Positions 8,872-17,433 of a stretch of 32,000 bases of DNA are shown here, piece after piece. Positions within the stretch are counted from its first letter, which is position 1. Each line of letters starts with the position of its first letter. The translations under genes and the position numbers were made by a program. This DNA is from Breznakia blatticola (GTDB lineage Bacteria > Bacillota_I > Bacilli_A > Erysipelotrichales > Erysipelotrichaceae), in assembly GCF_004365815.1 (NCBI RefSeq), contig NZ_SODD01000027.1:898-32897 (forward strand), given 5' to 3'. The notes under the pieces were generated by a model that ran no database searches, had not been told where the DNA came from, and was given only the letters and a program-made list of their open reading frames with translations.

Positions 8872-9858
8872 TTATTCACTTAATAATGTTTCCAATTGCT
8901 TAATTTGACGTTTTGTAAATTCTGTACCACCACAATATAATTCATCTTCATACTCACAAATTAAATATCCATCAAATGACGTTTCTTTAATTGCAGCAAT
9001 AATTTCTGGATATGGGATACTTGCTTCTACACAGTTTTCATCTAGGTAGTGGAATTTACAGTGCATCTCAAAGCAATATGGCATGATACGTTTCATACCT
9101 TCTAATAATGCAGGCAGTTGCTCTTTACTTTTGAATTGTACGAATCCATACATTCCTTGCAACACACCATTGATTGCAGGGTGTGCATTTGCTTCTGTAA
9201 GTTTTGCTCTTGCTTCTTCAATATCCACACCAGCATAGCGCATATCTGCAGCCATTTGTAAGTGTTCTTCTTTTACTCCAGCTTGAAGTGCTTTCATCCA
9301 TTGTGGTTTATTTGGTGCAATTGAGAAACATCCAAAGTCAGGAATAAATCCTAAATACTTTGATCCAGTCTTTTCAATCACTGCTAAGTATTCCATCATT
9401 TTTGGTGAAGTTGGTGTTTCTGGATTATGAATTTCGATACCAACATGCACATCATAAAGTTCAGCATATGGCGCCAAACGTTCAAATGCACTTGGTGATA
9501 ACATATATTGTGCACGCATCACCTTACACCCTAATGCATTTGCTGTTTTTAAATCAATGATTGTATCTGCAAGCATTTCATCATCACTTAAATCGCGATC
9601 ATGACGCATTCCACGATCGTTATTTGCTCCATAACTTACTGGACCAATTCCATACGTTTCTTTTAATCTAGTAACCAATCCAAGAAATTCATCACTTACA
9701 TTTGGATACGATGGTAACATTTGTGTCCCAACAATTTCATAACCAGTAGCTCCGGCAAGCGCTGCTTGTTTTACACATTCTTCAAAATCATATTCATATC
9801 GTGCATATTCTGTTCCATAACAGAATAAAGTAGCACCTATTTTCATATTTGTATTCAT
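8872..9858 (-). CDS. Xylose-isomerase-like TIM-barrel protein; candidate large (catalytic) subunit of a C-glycoside deglycosidase (DgpC/CarB-like)
   Basis: 328-aa ORF. E-D-H-E metal-site pattern typical of the fold: HVGIEIHN, FIPDFGCF, FEMHCKFHY, LICEYEDE. Sits 8 nt downstream of the DUF6379-like small subunit. Confidence 0.6.
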   Translation of the reverse strand: MNTNMKIGATLFCYGTEYARYEYDFEECVKQAALAGATGYEIVGTQMLPSYPNVSDEFLGLVTRLKETYGIGPVSYGANNDRGMRHDRDLSDDEMLADTIIDLKTANALGCKVMRAQYMLSPSAFERLAPYAELYDVHVGIEIHNPETPTSPKMMEYLAVIEKTGSKYLGFIPDFGCFSIAPNKPQWMKALQAGVKEEHLQMAADMRYAGVDIEEARAKLTEANAHPAINGVLQGMYGFVQFKSKEQLPALLEGMKRIMPYCFEMHCKFHYLDENCVEASIPYPEIIAAIKETSFDGYLICEYEDELYCGGTEFTKRQIKQLETLLSE

Positions 9859-9866
9859 CTTAGTTT

Positions 9867-10301
9867 CTACTCCTCTACACGTACATCAAGTACATCTCCA
9901 CTATCAAGAGGCATGTACATATGTCCCGGTCCTATATTCATATATGGAACACGTAACATTAATTTCAACTCAATTTTGTGGTTACCTTTTGCCAACCCAC
10001 CTTTTTTAATTACATGAATGGTTGCAGGTTCTACTTGACTCCAAAATTCAGTAATTGCATATTTTAATTTGTATACAGGAAGTTCCTTATTACGATATGC
10101 AAACGTAACTGCTTCTTGATCAACTTTTTCTCCATCGATATACACTTCAAGTAGATCGATATCAGAAAGATAATGACCTCTATAATATCCTAGTTGTACA
10201 TCAAAGCTAAATCCATTGCGTTTATTATTGATATACATGTCTTTGAAGGAATCTTTTTTTATAATCTCTTCATTTAATTGCATTCTCATTGCAAAAGCCA
10301 T
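9867..10301 (-). CDS. DUF6379-like small protein; candidate C-glycoside deglycosidase beta subunit (DgpB/CarC-like)
   Basis: 144-aa ORF. NGFSFDVQLGYYRGHYLSDIDLLEVYIDGEKV and KKGGLAKGNHKIELKLMLRVPYM match, from memory, the G-F-x-F...YYRG-x-x-LS...V-DGE-x-V and GGL-x-x-G-x-H-x-L-E-L...R-[IV]-x-Y pattern of DgpB/CarC-type subunits. Strong RBS GGGGGAAAG. Confidence 0.55.
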   Translation of the reverse strand: MAFAMRMQLNEEIIKKDSFKDMYINNKRNGFSFDVQLGYYRGHYLSDIDLLEVYIDGEKVDQEAVTFAYRNKELPVYKLKYAITEFWSQVEPATIHVIKKGGLAKGNHKIELKLMLRVPYMNIGPGHMYMPLDSGDVLDVRVEE

Positions 10302-10312
10302 GTTCTTTCCCC

Positions 10313-11416
10313 CTAAAATTTAATCTCTTTATTTTCAGCTGCTGATTTATAAATTGCATCTAATACTTTTGTAACTGCTAAAGCTTCTTCTGGTTTTACT
10401 AGTGGTTCTGTTCCATTTACAACAGCTTCTAACCATTGTTTTGCATCGATGGTACCTTCTTCACCACCACCGCCACCGAAGTATGCGACACCACCAACAG
10501 GTGATAATGTTTCTTCCATTAATTGGTTGTTTTTTCCACGGTTATAGATCAATTCATTTTTTCCATAACTCATTCCTGAGTGAATTTCTGCACCAGCTTT
10601 TGTACCACAAAGTGTAGTTGATGCTTCTCTTGATTCAAGAATATTTAAAGCCCAGCTTGCTTCAAGGTTAATTGTTGCTCCATTTTTCATCTTAATGAAT
10701 CCCATGGCTGAATCTTCAACTTCATATGTTTTTGGATCCCATGGTCCAAATAGGTTTCCTTCTGTTGCTTGTTCTAATCCACCAAGCTTATAAAACACAG
10801 ATCCATTTACACTATCTACATCATAGTTATTCATACACCATAAAGTTATATCCAATGCATGTGTTCCAATATCAATTAATGGTCCCCCACCTTGTGCTTC
10901 TTTGTCCATGAATACTCCCCATGTAGGTACTCCTCTACGACGTACTGCATGTGCTTTTCCATAATAGATATCTCCAAGTTCACCATCTGCACATGATGCA
11001 TGTAAGTTTTGAACTTCTGGACGGAAACGGTTTTGGTATCCAACCGTAAACTGCATTCCTGATTTCTTCCAAGCTTCTACCATTTTCTCTGCTTCTGTAC
11101 TGCTGTGTGACATTGGTTTTTCACAGTACACGTGTTTTTTTGCATCAAATGATGCAATTGCAATCTCACTATGCGACACATTTGGTGTACAAATGTGCAC
11201 TACATCTACATCAGGGTTTTGCAACACTTCATGATAATCTGTTGTCACTTGTGCGCCTTTGATTCCAAATTCATTTGCGGCTTTTATTGCACGCTCTTCA
11301 ATTAGGTCACAAAATGCAACCATTTCACATAAATCTGCATTTTTTTTCAGTGCCGGGAATTGTTTTTGATTAGCAATTCCTCCACATCCAATAATCGCTA
11401 CTCTTAACTTTTTCAT
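10313..11416 (-). CDS. Gfo/Idh/MocA family NAD(P)-dependent oxidoreductase (DgpA-like candidate glycoside 3-oxidoreductase)
   Basis: 367-aa ORF with Rossmann N-terminus LRVAIIGCGGIANQ, the EKPM motif (VYCEKPMS) and a typical C-terminal alpha/beta domain. Immediately upstream of the two-subunit lyase candidate. Confidence 0.75.
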   Translation of the reverse strand: MKKLRVAIIGCGGIANQKQFPALKKNADLCEMVAFCDLIEERAIKAANEFGIKGAQVTTDYHEVLQNPDVDVVHICTPNVSHSEIAIASFDAKKHVYCEKPMSHSSTEAEKMVEAWKKSGMQFTVGYQNRFRPEVQNLHASCADGELGDIYYGKAHAVRRRGVPTWGVFMDKEAQGGGPLIDIGTHALDITLWCMNNYDVDSVNGSVFYKLGGLEQATEGNLFGPWDPKTYEVEDSAMGFIKMKNGATINLEASWALNILESREASTTLCGTKAGAEIHSGMSYGKNELIYNRGKNNQLMEETLSPVGGVAYFGGGGGEEGTIDAKQWLEAVVNGTEPLVKPEEALAVTKVLDAIYKSAAENKEIKF

Positions 11417-11434
11417 ATATTTGACCTCTTCTTT

Positions 11435-12349
11435 CTATATCACAAAGTTTCTTAAATATTTCGTACTAATTGCGACTGCCTTCTTGGCATCATCATATGT
11501 TTTTTCAAACGCCTTATCTTCTACCTCAATACATGTATATCCATTAAATCCAATATCCGTTAATGCAGATACATATTCTGCCCAATCTACATCTCCAAGT
11601 CCTGGTACTTTTGGTGCCATGTATTCAAGTGGCGTTGCCATAACTCCGACATCTTTTAGTTTTTCTTGATACACTTTAATATCTTTATAGTGCACATGAT
11701 AGATGCGATCCTTAAATTCGTATAACGGTGCAATGTAATCAATTTGTTGCCAAATAAAGTGTGATGGATCATAGTTGATTCCTAAACGTTTACTAGGCAA
11801 TAATTCAAATACTTTTCGCCAGTTAGCTGGTGAAGTCATTAAATTTTGACCTCCTGGCCATTCATCATTTGTAAATAACATCGGACAATTTTCAATTGCA
11901 ATATTTACATCATTTGCTTCAGCTACATCTAATATTGGCTGCCAAATACCAACTACATCTTTTAGATTTTCGTCAACGGATTTTTTTGAATCCCGACCGA
12001 TAAATGTTGTTACTGTTTTTACACCATAAGCATTAGCTGCTTTAATTACTTGTTTTAAGTGTTTAGTATAATACTCACGTTTACTTACATCTGGATCCAT
12101 CGTATTTGGATAATATGCAAGTGCTGAGATTTCAACACCCTTTTGCATACAATAATCCAAATTTTCTTGAATCGTTTTCTCACTTAAGTCATATACATCA
12201 ATGTGCGAAACTCCTGCATATCGTCTTTCCGCTTTTCCCTTTGGCCAACATGCAACTTCTACACACTCCAATCCGTTCATTGCGACAATATCGATCATTT
12301 CTTTGAAATCACTTTGATCTAAAATCGCACTTACTAATCCTAATTTCAT
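11435..12349 (-). CDS. Sugar phosphate isomerase/epimerase family TIM-barrel protein (second copy)
   Basis: 304-aa ORF. NIAIENCP, NYDPSHF, YHVHYKD and CIEVED give an E-D-H-E pattern of the xylose-isomerase-like fold. Confidence 0.75.
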   Translation of the reverse strand: MKLGLVSAILDQSDFKEMIDIVAMNGLECVEVACWPKGKAERRYAGVSHIDVYDLSEKTIQENLDYCMQKGVEISALAYYPNTMDPDVSKREYYTKHLKQVIKAANAYGVKTVTTFIGRDSKKSVDENLKDVVGIWQPILDVAEANDVNIAIENCPMLFTNDEWPGGQNLMTSPANWRKVFELLPSKRLGINYDPSHFIWQQIDYIAPLYEFKDRIYHVHYKDIKVYQEKLKDVGVMATPLEYMAPKVPGLGDVDWAEYVSALTDIGFNGYTCIEVEDKAFEKTYDDAKKAVAISTKYLRNFVI

Positions 12350-12358
12350 ACTATCTCC

Positions 12359-13411
12359 TTACTTCTCAAATAAAATTGCTTGATTTGTTTCACTTGATTT
12401 CCAAGCCGCTTCCATAATCGCTAGTACACGACGTACCTCTTCATGTTTTACAAGTTGTTCTTCTTTACCATTTACTACATTTACAAAGTTTTGATAGAAA
12501 TCTGTCCAGTCCGTTTCTACAGTTGGTAATTCTTCTGAATATAGTGCCCCTGCAGGTTGTGGTGCAAATTGACGTGTAGGACCAGCTACTGTTTCTGCAA
12601 TTTGTGCAGGCAGTTTGTCTAACAATTCACTTGTTCGCCATATTTCTCCATCACAAGCAAATGTATTAATTTTTAAAGTCCCTCGATTTCCTGCCACCAA
12701 CCAACGCGGTTGATAATTCAAGACATAGGTTCCTAGTTCAATATGATATGTAATCCCATTATCGAATTTTAAAAGTATTTTAAAGTAATCATCTACTTCA
12801 TAATTAATGATGCTTTTTAAATCAGCAAATACACTTAGAACTTTTGCGCCTTTCATCATTTGGCATGCTTGGTCGATTAAATGAACTCCCCAATCGTATA
12901 GCATTCCACCACCGTATTTTTTATATAGGTGCCATTCATGAATTCTTCCATTTGCTGTATGAAGTTTTGATTCAATCGTGAAAATATCACCAATCATATG
13001 TTCTTCATAAACTTTTTTTGCAATTCGAAAATCACGATCCCAACGTCTGTTTTGATGTACCATCATCGTTACGTTGTTGTTTTCTACCGCTTTTACCATT
13101 TCGTCGTATTCTGCAGTATTTAATGCTGCTGGTTTTTCATCAATAATATGTTTTCCAGCATTTGCAGCTTTTATCACCATTTCTTTATGTAAGTGATTTG
13201 GAACTGTAATCAATACTGTATTTACTTCTGGATTCGCTAATAAATCCTCGACATCTTTGTATGCTGGATATCCCAAATCAATTGCTTCTTGACGCTTTGT
13301 ATCATCAATCTCACATACTGCGACAATTTCTACTCCCTTCACTCGAGTAGCATTTTGTTCGTGCCATTTACCCATGCCACCAAAACCAATGATTCCTAAT
13401 TTAACGTTCAT
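12359..13411 (-). CDS. Gfo/Idh/MocA family oxidoreductase (second copy), first gene of the operon
   Basis: 350-aa ORF with KLGIIGFGGMGKWH and IIDEKPAA (EKP motif). RBS GAGG. Confidence 0.8.
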   Translation of the reverse strand: MNVKLGIIGFGGMGKWHEQNATRVKGVEIVAVCEIDDTKRQEAIDLGYPAYKDVEDLLANPEVNTVLITVPNHLHKEMVIKAANAGKHIIDEKPAALNTAEYDEMVKAVENNNVTMMVHQNRRWDRDFRIAKKVYEEHMIGDIFTIESKLHTANGRIHEWHLYKKYGGGMLYDWGVHLIDQACQMMKGAKVLSVFADLKSIINYEVDDYFKILLKFDNGITYHIELGTYVLNYQPRWLVAGNRGTLKINTFACDGEIWRTSELLDKLPAQIAETVAGPTRQFAPQPAGALYSEELPTVETDWTDFYQNFVNVVNGKEEQLVKHEEVRRVLAIMEAAWKSSETNQAILFEK

Positions 13412-13519
13412 ATGTTTAACCTCATCTTTTCTATCTTTATTTTACGAAGATTGGGACATTTCATCTTCCCGTTTTTTATCGCGAAGTTGATGATTTACAT
13501 CCTTGTTTTCCATTGAAAA

Positions 13520-13558
13520 TAAAAAAAAGACAAAATTTGTGATACATTTTTTGTCTTT
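13520..13558 (-). terminator. Rho-independent terminator after the AraC-family gene
   Basis: Minus strand reads AAGACAAAA-(11 nt)-TTTTGTCTT followed by TTTTTTTATTTTC. It begins right at the stop codon. Confidence 0.7.
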
Positions 13559-15877
13559 CTAATTCTTTATTAATCCACAATACATTGTAGATATTTGGTT
13601 TGGTGCTAAATCAATATCAACTGTCAAAATTTCATTGGTAACATGAACCTTTTTAATCATAAGATCTGGACTCGATTTTCTTGCTAGATGATCAATATCC
13701 ATACCAGTTACAAAGTTCACATAATCCCATTTCTTCCACTCATCAATTAGACTTCCGCTCGTTGTACTGATGGTAAACATTCGTACTTCATATTCTCCAT
13801 TTGTTACACCTTCTAAGTGAAACCGGAACGATTTTGATTCATTATGGAAGAGCTGATTAATATCATTCACATGGATTTTATCTTTTTTAATATACATGGA
13901 AGGTTCGATATGACAGTAGTTGTTACACAGAATTCCAATATCATATCCTTCATCAATTGTCGCAATATAATTTGCATTTTTACCAATCACTTCACTACGC
14001 AAATGATGATAAAACTTATATCCGTAAAATGCAGGTTTGTAGATACCTTGTCGATTCAATAGCCCATATGAACCATTGAGTAATTCGTTGGTATTTTTTG
14101 CATCTATAACCACATCACACATAACATCATAAGCAATCTCATCCACTTCATCAGAAATACTTTGTAGACTTCGCACAACGTATGCTCCTTTAAAGCACGT
14201 ATCATTAACATAGTCTGGATATATTTTCGAGTAATTCCATGAAGTTACATATAGTGGTAAATCTTGGTATTTTGTTTGCTTAAGTTGCTTTTTTACTTCT
14301 GCTACATCATTTGCTAATTTATCGTTATTTCCAATGTCCTTTAATTTCGTTTGTGAATCAATCGTATAACTATGCATGGTGATGAAATCAAATACTACAT
14401 TTTGTTTCTCTAGTTTTTCAAATACATCATTATTCGCATAACCCACTTCAAATCCCACACCACCAATTTTAAAGTTATTACTATAACTTTTTAGCAACAT
14501 GAATATTGCTTTATATAGTTTTGCATAACGCGAGCTATTTAAGTTACTTTGATTACTTAATTCAAAACGATACTTCCCGACATTCACAATCATAAATTGA
14601 TTGATCAAAAACGACATGAATTTACGTAGTACTTCTTTGTATATATCAAGGTATTGTTCAAACATATCTGCATCTTGATCATTTACTTGATACTTTGCAA
14701 ATGCAGGTGTTTCAAGTTCAATCATGACAGGAATATTATTTCGAATAAGAAAATTGAAAACGTTTTGGATTTTGTCATAATCTAAAAATACTTCATCATT
14801 TTCGATGGATACAATATTTTCACTAAAGATATCAATGATTCGAAACGATTCAATTCGCAATGATTTCCGCGTTTTCAACAACTGTTCTTGCACTTGAAAT
14901 TCAAGCAACTTATGCGCTGGTCCAACATTCATCATTTTGGTAACTTGAAGACGTTGCGGTTTATGTTTTCTTACATCTAGTGTAATCTCCTCATGCATCG
15001 TTTTATTTTTATATTCATAGTTGAACTCTTTTAACTGTTCAACAACTTTCTCATTTTGGTCTATTGCTAGTTCTGCTTTATGTTCTTCTTGATATTGTTG
15101 ACGATATAAAGAAGGTGTTGTTTTGTATGCTTCCTTGAATGATTTATTAAATGCAGTGGTACTAGCAAATCCATGATCCACTGCTATTTGTGTAATATTT
15201 TTATCCGTTAGTTCTACATCTTCAATCGCTTTCATTAACCTCACTTGATTAATAAAATCAATGAAATTCTTTCCTGTCTCTTGCTTAAAGTATCTAGAGA
15301 AATAAGAAGAAGACATATAGAAGTGAGAAGCGATATCATCTAAGGATAAGCGTATATTATAGTTTGTATAAATATATTTTAAAATACTTTCCAATCGTGT
15401 ATCATAATCATCACTTTCAAGTTCCATATGATAATTTGTGACTAGCACATCAAGAAATTGAAATCCTAATTCAAAATACTTATAAGGAAACTTCTTATCA
15501 TTACTTGCGAATGTTGATATTAAGTGATGCATTGTATCGCGCAACATGGAATGATTTAGTGCGGTATTTTTTACAGAGTTACAATCAAAGCGAATGGTAT
15601 TGTTTTGTAAGGAATCGCGCAATACGTATAATGGAATGACAATTTCACAAACCATTAATTCTTTACTTTGACTATGAATCTCAAAATTTTCTCCATAGTT
15701 AACAAGTAAGAAATCATCCTTCATCAATGTGAATGATTCTTCTTGCTTATCAATAACTAGTGATCCAAAGACGACATAGAAAAACACAACACTTAATTCA
15801 TGTCGTTTGTAGTCATTTACATCTGTTAGAATTTGAAATCCACTTTTTGAATCGAAGCTATTGAATATATTGTACAT
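13559..15877 (-). CDS. AraC/XylS family transcriptional regulator fused to a C-terminal GH39-like (beta-xylosidase-like) domain lacking both catalytic glutamates
   Basis: 772-aa ORF. N-terminal cupin-like region. AraC HTH at about residues 160-260 (LSLDDIASHFYMSSSYFSRYFKQETGKNFIDFINQVRLMKA...IAVDHGFASTTAFNKSFKEAYKTTPSLYR). Residues from about 300 to 772 resemble GH39: RFELSNQSN, KIGGVGF, VFDFITMHSYT, LPLYVTSWNYS, YGLLNRQGIYKPAFYGYKF. Confidence 0.8.
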   Translation of the reverse strand: MYNIFNSFDSKSGFQILTDVNDYKRHELSVVFFYVVFGSLVIDKQEESFTLMKDDFLLVNYGENFEIHSQSKELMVCEIVIPLYVLRDSLQNNTIRFDCNSVKNTALNHSMLRDTMHHLISTFASNDKKFPYKYFELGFQFLDVLVTNYHMELESDDYDTRLESILKYIYTNYNIRLSLDDIASHFYMSSSYFSRYFKQETGKNFIDFINQVRLMKAIEDVELTDKNITQIAVDHGFASTTAFNKSFKEAYKTTPSLYRQQYQEEHKAELAIDQNEKVVEQLKEFNYEYKNKTMHEEITLDVRKHKPQRLQVTKMMNVGPAHKLLEFQVQEQLLKTRKSLRIESFRIIDIFSENIVSIENDEVFLDYDKIQNVFNFLIRNNIPVMIELETPAFAKYQVNDQDADMFEQYLDIYKEVLRKFMSFLINQFMIVNVGKYRFELSNQSNLNSSRYAKLYKAIFMLLKSYSNNFKIGGVGFEVGYANNDVFEKLEKQNVVFDFITMHSYTIDSQTKLKDIGNNDKLANDVAEVKKQLKQTKYQDLPLYVTSWNYSKIYPDYVNDTCFKGAYVVRSLQSISDEVDEIAYDVMCDVVIDAKNTNELLNGSYGLLNRQGIYKPAFYGYKFYHHLRSEVIGKNANYIATIDEGYDIGILCNNYCHIEPSMYIKKDKIHVNDINQLFHNESKSFRFHLEGVTNGEYEVRMFTISTTSGSLIDEWKKWDYVNFVTGMDIDHLARKSSPDLMIKKVHVTNEILTVDIDLAPNQISTMYCGLIKN

Positions 15878-15904
15878 ACTGACCTCTCTTTCATCATACC
15901 AAAT

Positions 15905-15940
15905 CTAAAATGGAAAAGGTGAAAGTTTTTCTTTCACCTG
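15905..15940 (-). terminator. Rho-independent terminator after PTS EIIBC
   Basis: Minus strand reads AGGTGAAAG-AAAAA-CTTTCACCT followed by TTTCCATTTTAG. Confidence 0.7.
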
Positions 15941-15951
15941 ATCGATTTGTA

Positions 15952-17334
15952 TTATACTTTTAATTTCTTTTCGACACTTTCGCTCCAACCAAACATGTAC
16001 GTTAAACCAAAAGCTAAGACTAATGAAGCAACTGCTCCTAATAATGCTCCATAGAATCCCATGTCAATTCCTGCTGGATTAATAAGTGCTGGAATACCTA
16101 AGATTCCTGTACCAAATGTATATCCTTTTCCACCAAGTAGTGAAGCAATTAATCCTCCAAGTGCTCCTCCTGCTAAACCAAAGATAAATGGTTTTCTTGC
16201 TGGAACATTAATACCAAATAATGCTGGTTCTGTAATTCCAAATAATCCAGATACTGCTGAACCTACACAAACTTGTGTAACGGCTTTGTTTTTTGAACGC
16301 AATCCGAATCCAAGTACTGCTCCAGTTTGTCCCATTGCAGAAGCAAAGAACACGATCGCAATTAATGGACAATATCCCATTGCTGCAAGATTTGCAATAA
16401 AGATTGATGAGAATGCTTTACTTACTCCAAATAAAACAAGTAGTTGCCAAATTCCACCTACAAGTACTCCAGTGATTAATGGACTAAATGCATACAATGC
16501 TTGAATTGCATCAGTAATGAATGACATTACTGCAGTTAATACAGGCCCAATAATTAAGAATGCAAGTGGTGTTACTACACACAATACAATCATTGGCACA
16601 AAAATCATCTTTAAAATATCTGGAACGATTTTTCTAGCAAACTTCTCAACGATTGCTGCCAAATATGTTGATAAAATAATTGGGAATACCGTTTTTGAAT
16701 AATTAACTAATGTTAATGGAAGAGCAAACAATGTTAACTGTTGTCCTTCATTTACCGCATTAATGATTTCAGGTGTGATCATTGCACATGCGATAATCAT
16801 TGCATAGAATGGTTTTCCACCGAATTTCTTAGCTGATGTATATGCTAAGAAGATCGGGAAGTAATAGAAGATTGCATTACTAATTGCATATAGCACTAGA
16901 TATGATCCACTCGTTGGATCTAACCATTTCAACATTACAAATAATGATAAGAACCCTTGTAGTGTACCACTTGCTGCTAACACACCAACGATAGGTACAA
17001 AGATTGCCGAAGCAATATCCGTAATTTTATCAAGCAATGAAGCATTTTTATCTGTCTCTGAAGATACTTCTACTTCACCTCCAGCTTTTGCTGGATATAT
17101 TTTAGCTGCTTCTTCATAGTAACTAGATACTGCATTACCAATCACTACTTGCAATTGTCCACCAGCATCGATGATTCCCATTACACCATCAGCTTTTGCA
17201 AGTTCTTCATCATTCACTTTCTTACGATCAACTAAAATAAATCGTAGTCGCGTAAAGCAATGACTAAATGATTGCACATTATCAATACCACCAACTAAAT
17301 CGATTATTGTTTTTACATTTTCTTTTACACTCAT
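15952..17334 (-). CDS. PTS glucose/beta-glucoside-family EIIBC component (no EIIA domain)
   Basis: EIIB motif FSHCFTRLRF (phosphorylatable Cys), polytopic EIIC with LFGITEPALFGINV. ATG at 17334 is preceded by AAAGAGGAGA; the GTG at 17385 from the ORF track has no RBS. Confidence 0.85.
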   Translation of the reverse strand: MSVKENVKTIIDLVGGIDNVQSFSHCFTRLRFILVDRKKVNDEELAKADGVMGIIDAGGQLQVVIGNAVSSYYEEAAKIYPAKAGGEVEVSSETDKNASLLDKITDIASAIFVPIVGVLAASGTLQGFLSLFVMLKWLDPTSGSYLVLYAISNAIFYYFPIFLAYTSAKKFGGKPFYAMIIACAMITPEIINAVNEGQQLTLFALPLTLVNYSKTVFPIILSTYLAAIVEKFARKIVPDILKMIFVPMIVLCVVTPLAFLIIGPVLTAVMSFITDAIQALYAFSPLITGVLVGGIWQLLVLFGVSKAFSSIFIANLAAMGYCPLIAIVFFASAMGQTGAVLGFGLRSKNKAVTQVCVGSAVSGLFGITEPALFGINVPARKPFIFGLAGGALGGLIASLLGGKGYTFGTGILGIPALINPAGIDMGFYGALLGAVASLVLAFGLTYMFGWSESVEKKLKV

Positions 17335-17419
17335 ATTATCTCTCCTCTTTGTGAAATCAAGTTTGTCTAATTTGTTTTCTAACACACTGATACTTATGTT
17401 GAATCAAGACCTCCTTTTG

Positions 17420-17433
17420 TGTAAGCGCATACA
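17420..17433. promoter_or_regulatory. Candidate cre (CcpA) catabolite-responsive element upstream of PTS EIIBC
   Basis: TGTAAGCGCATACA fits the relaxed cre consensus WTGNAANCGNWNNCW. Lies about 90 nt upstream of the EIIBC start. Confidence 0.45.

Noticed and set aside
13412-13520. Possible AraC-type direct repeats (AGGATGTAAAT / AGATGAAAT) and a TAAAAT -10 (13439-13444) upstream of the oxidoreductase operon
   Set aside because: The repeats are short, AT-rich and 37 nt apart rather than the roughly 21-nt phasing typical of AraC sites. The -35 is unrecognisable. This is not enough support to call a feature, although an activator-dependent promoter must lie here.
15893-15901. Extended -10-like TGGTATGAT upstream of the AraC-family gene
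   Set aside because: A transcription start 7 nt downstream would fall inside the gene's own RBS (AGAGAGG), so the geometry does not work.
16061-16504. 147-aa plus-strand ORF antisense to PTS EIIBC; likewise 24872-25420 and 25751-26206 antisense to the Gat-type EIIC
   Set aside because: Antisense frames of membrane-protein genes are often open. The translations are proline/asparagine/isoleucine-rich nonsense with no motifs or RBS.
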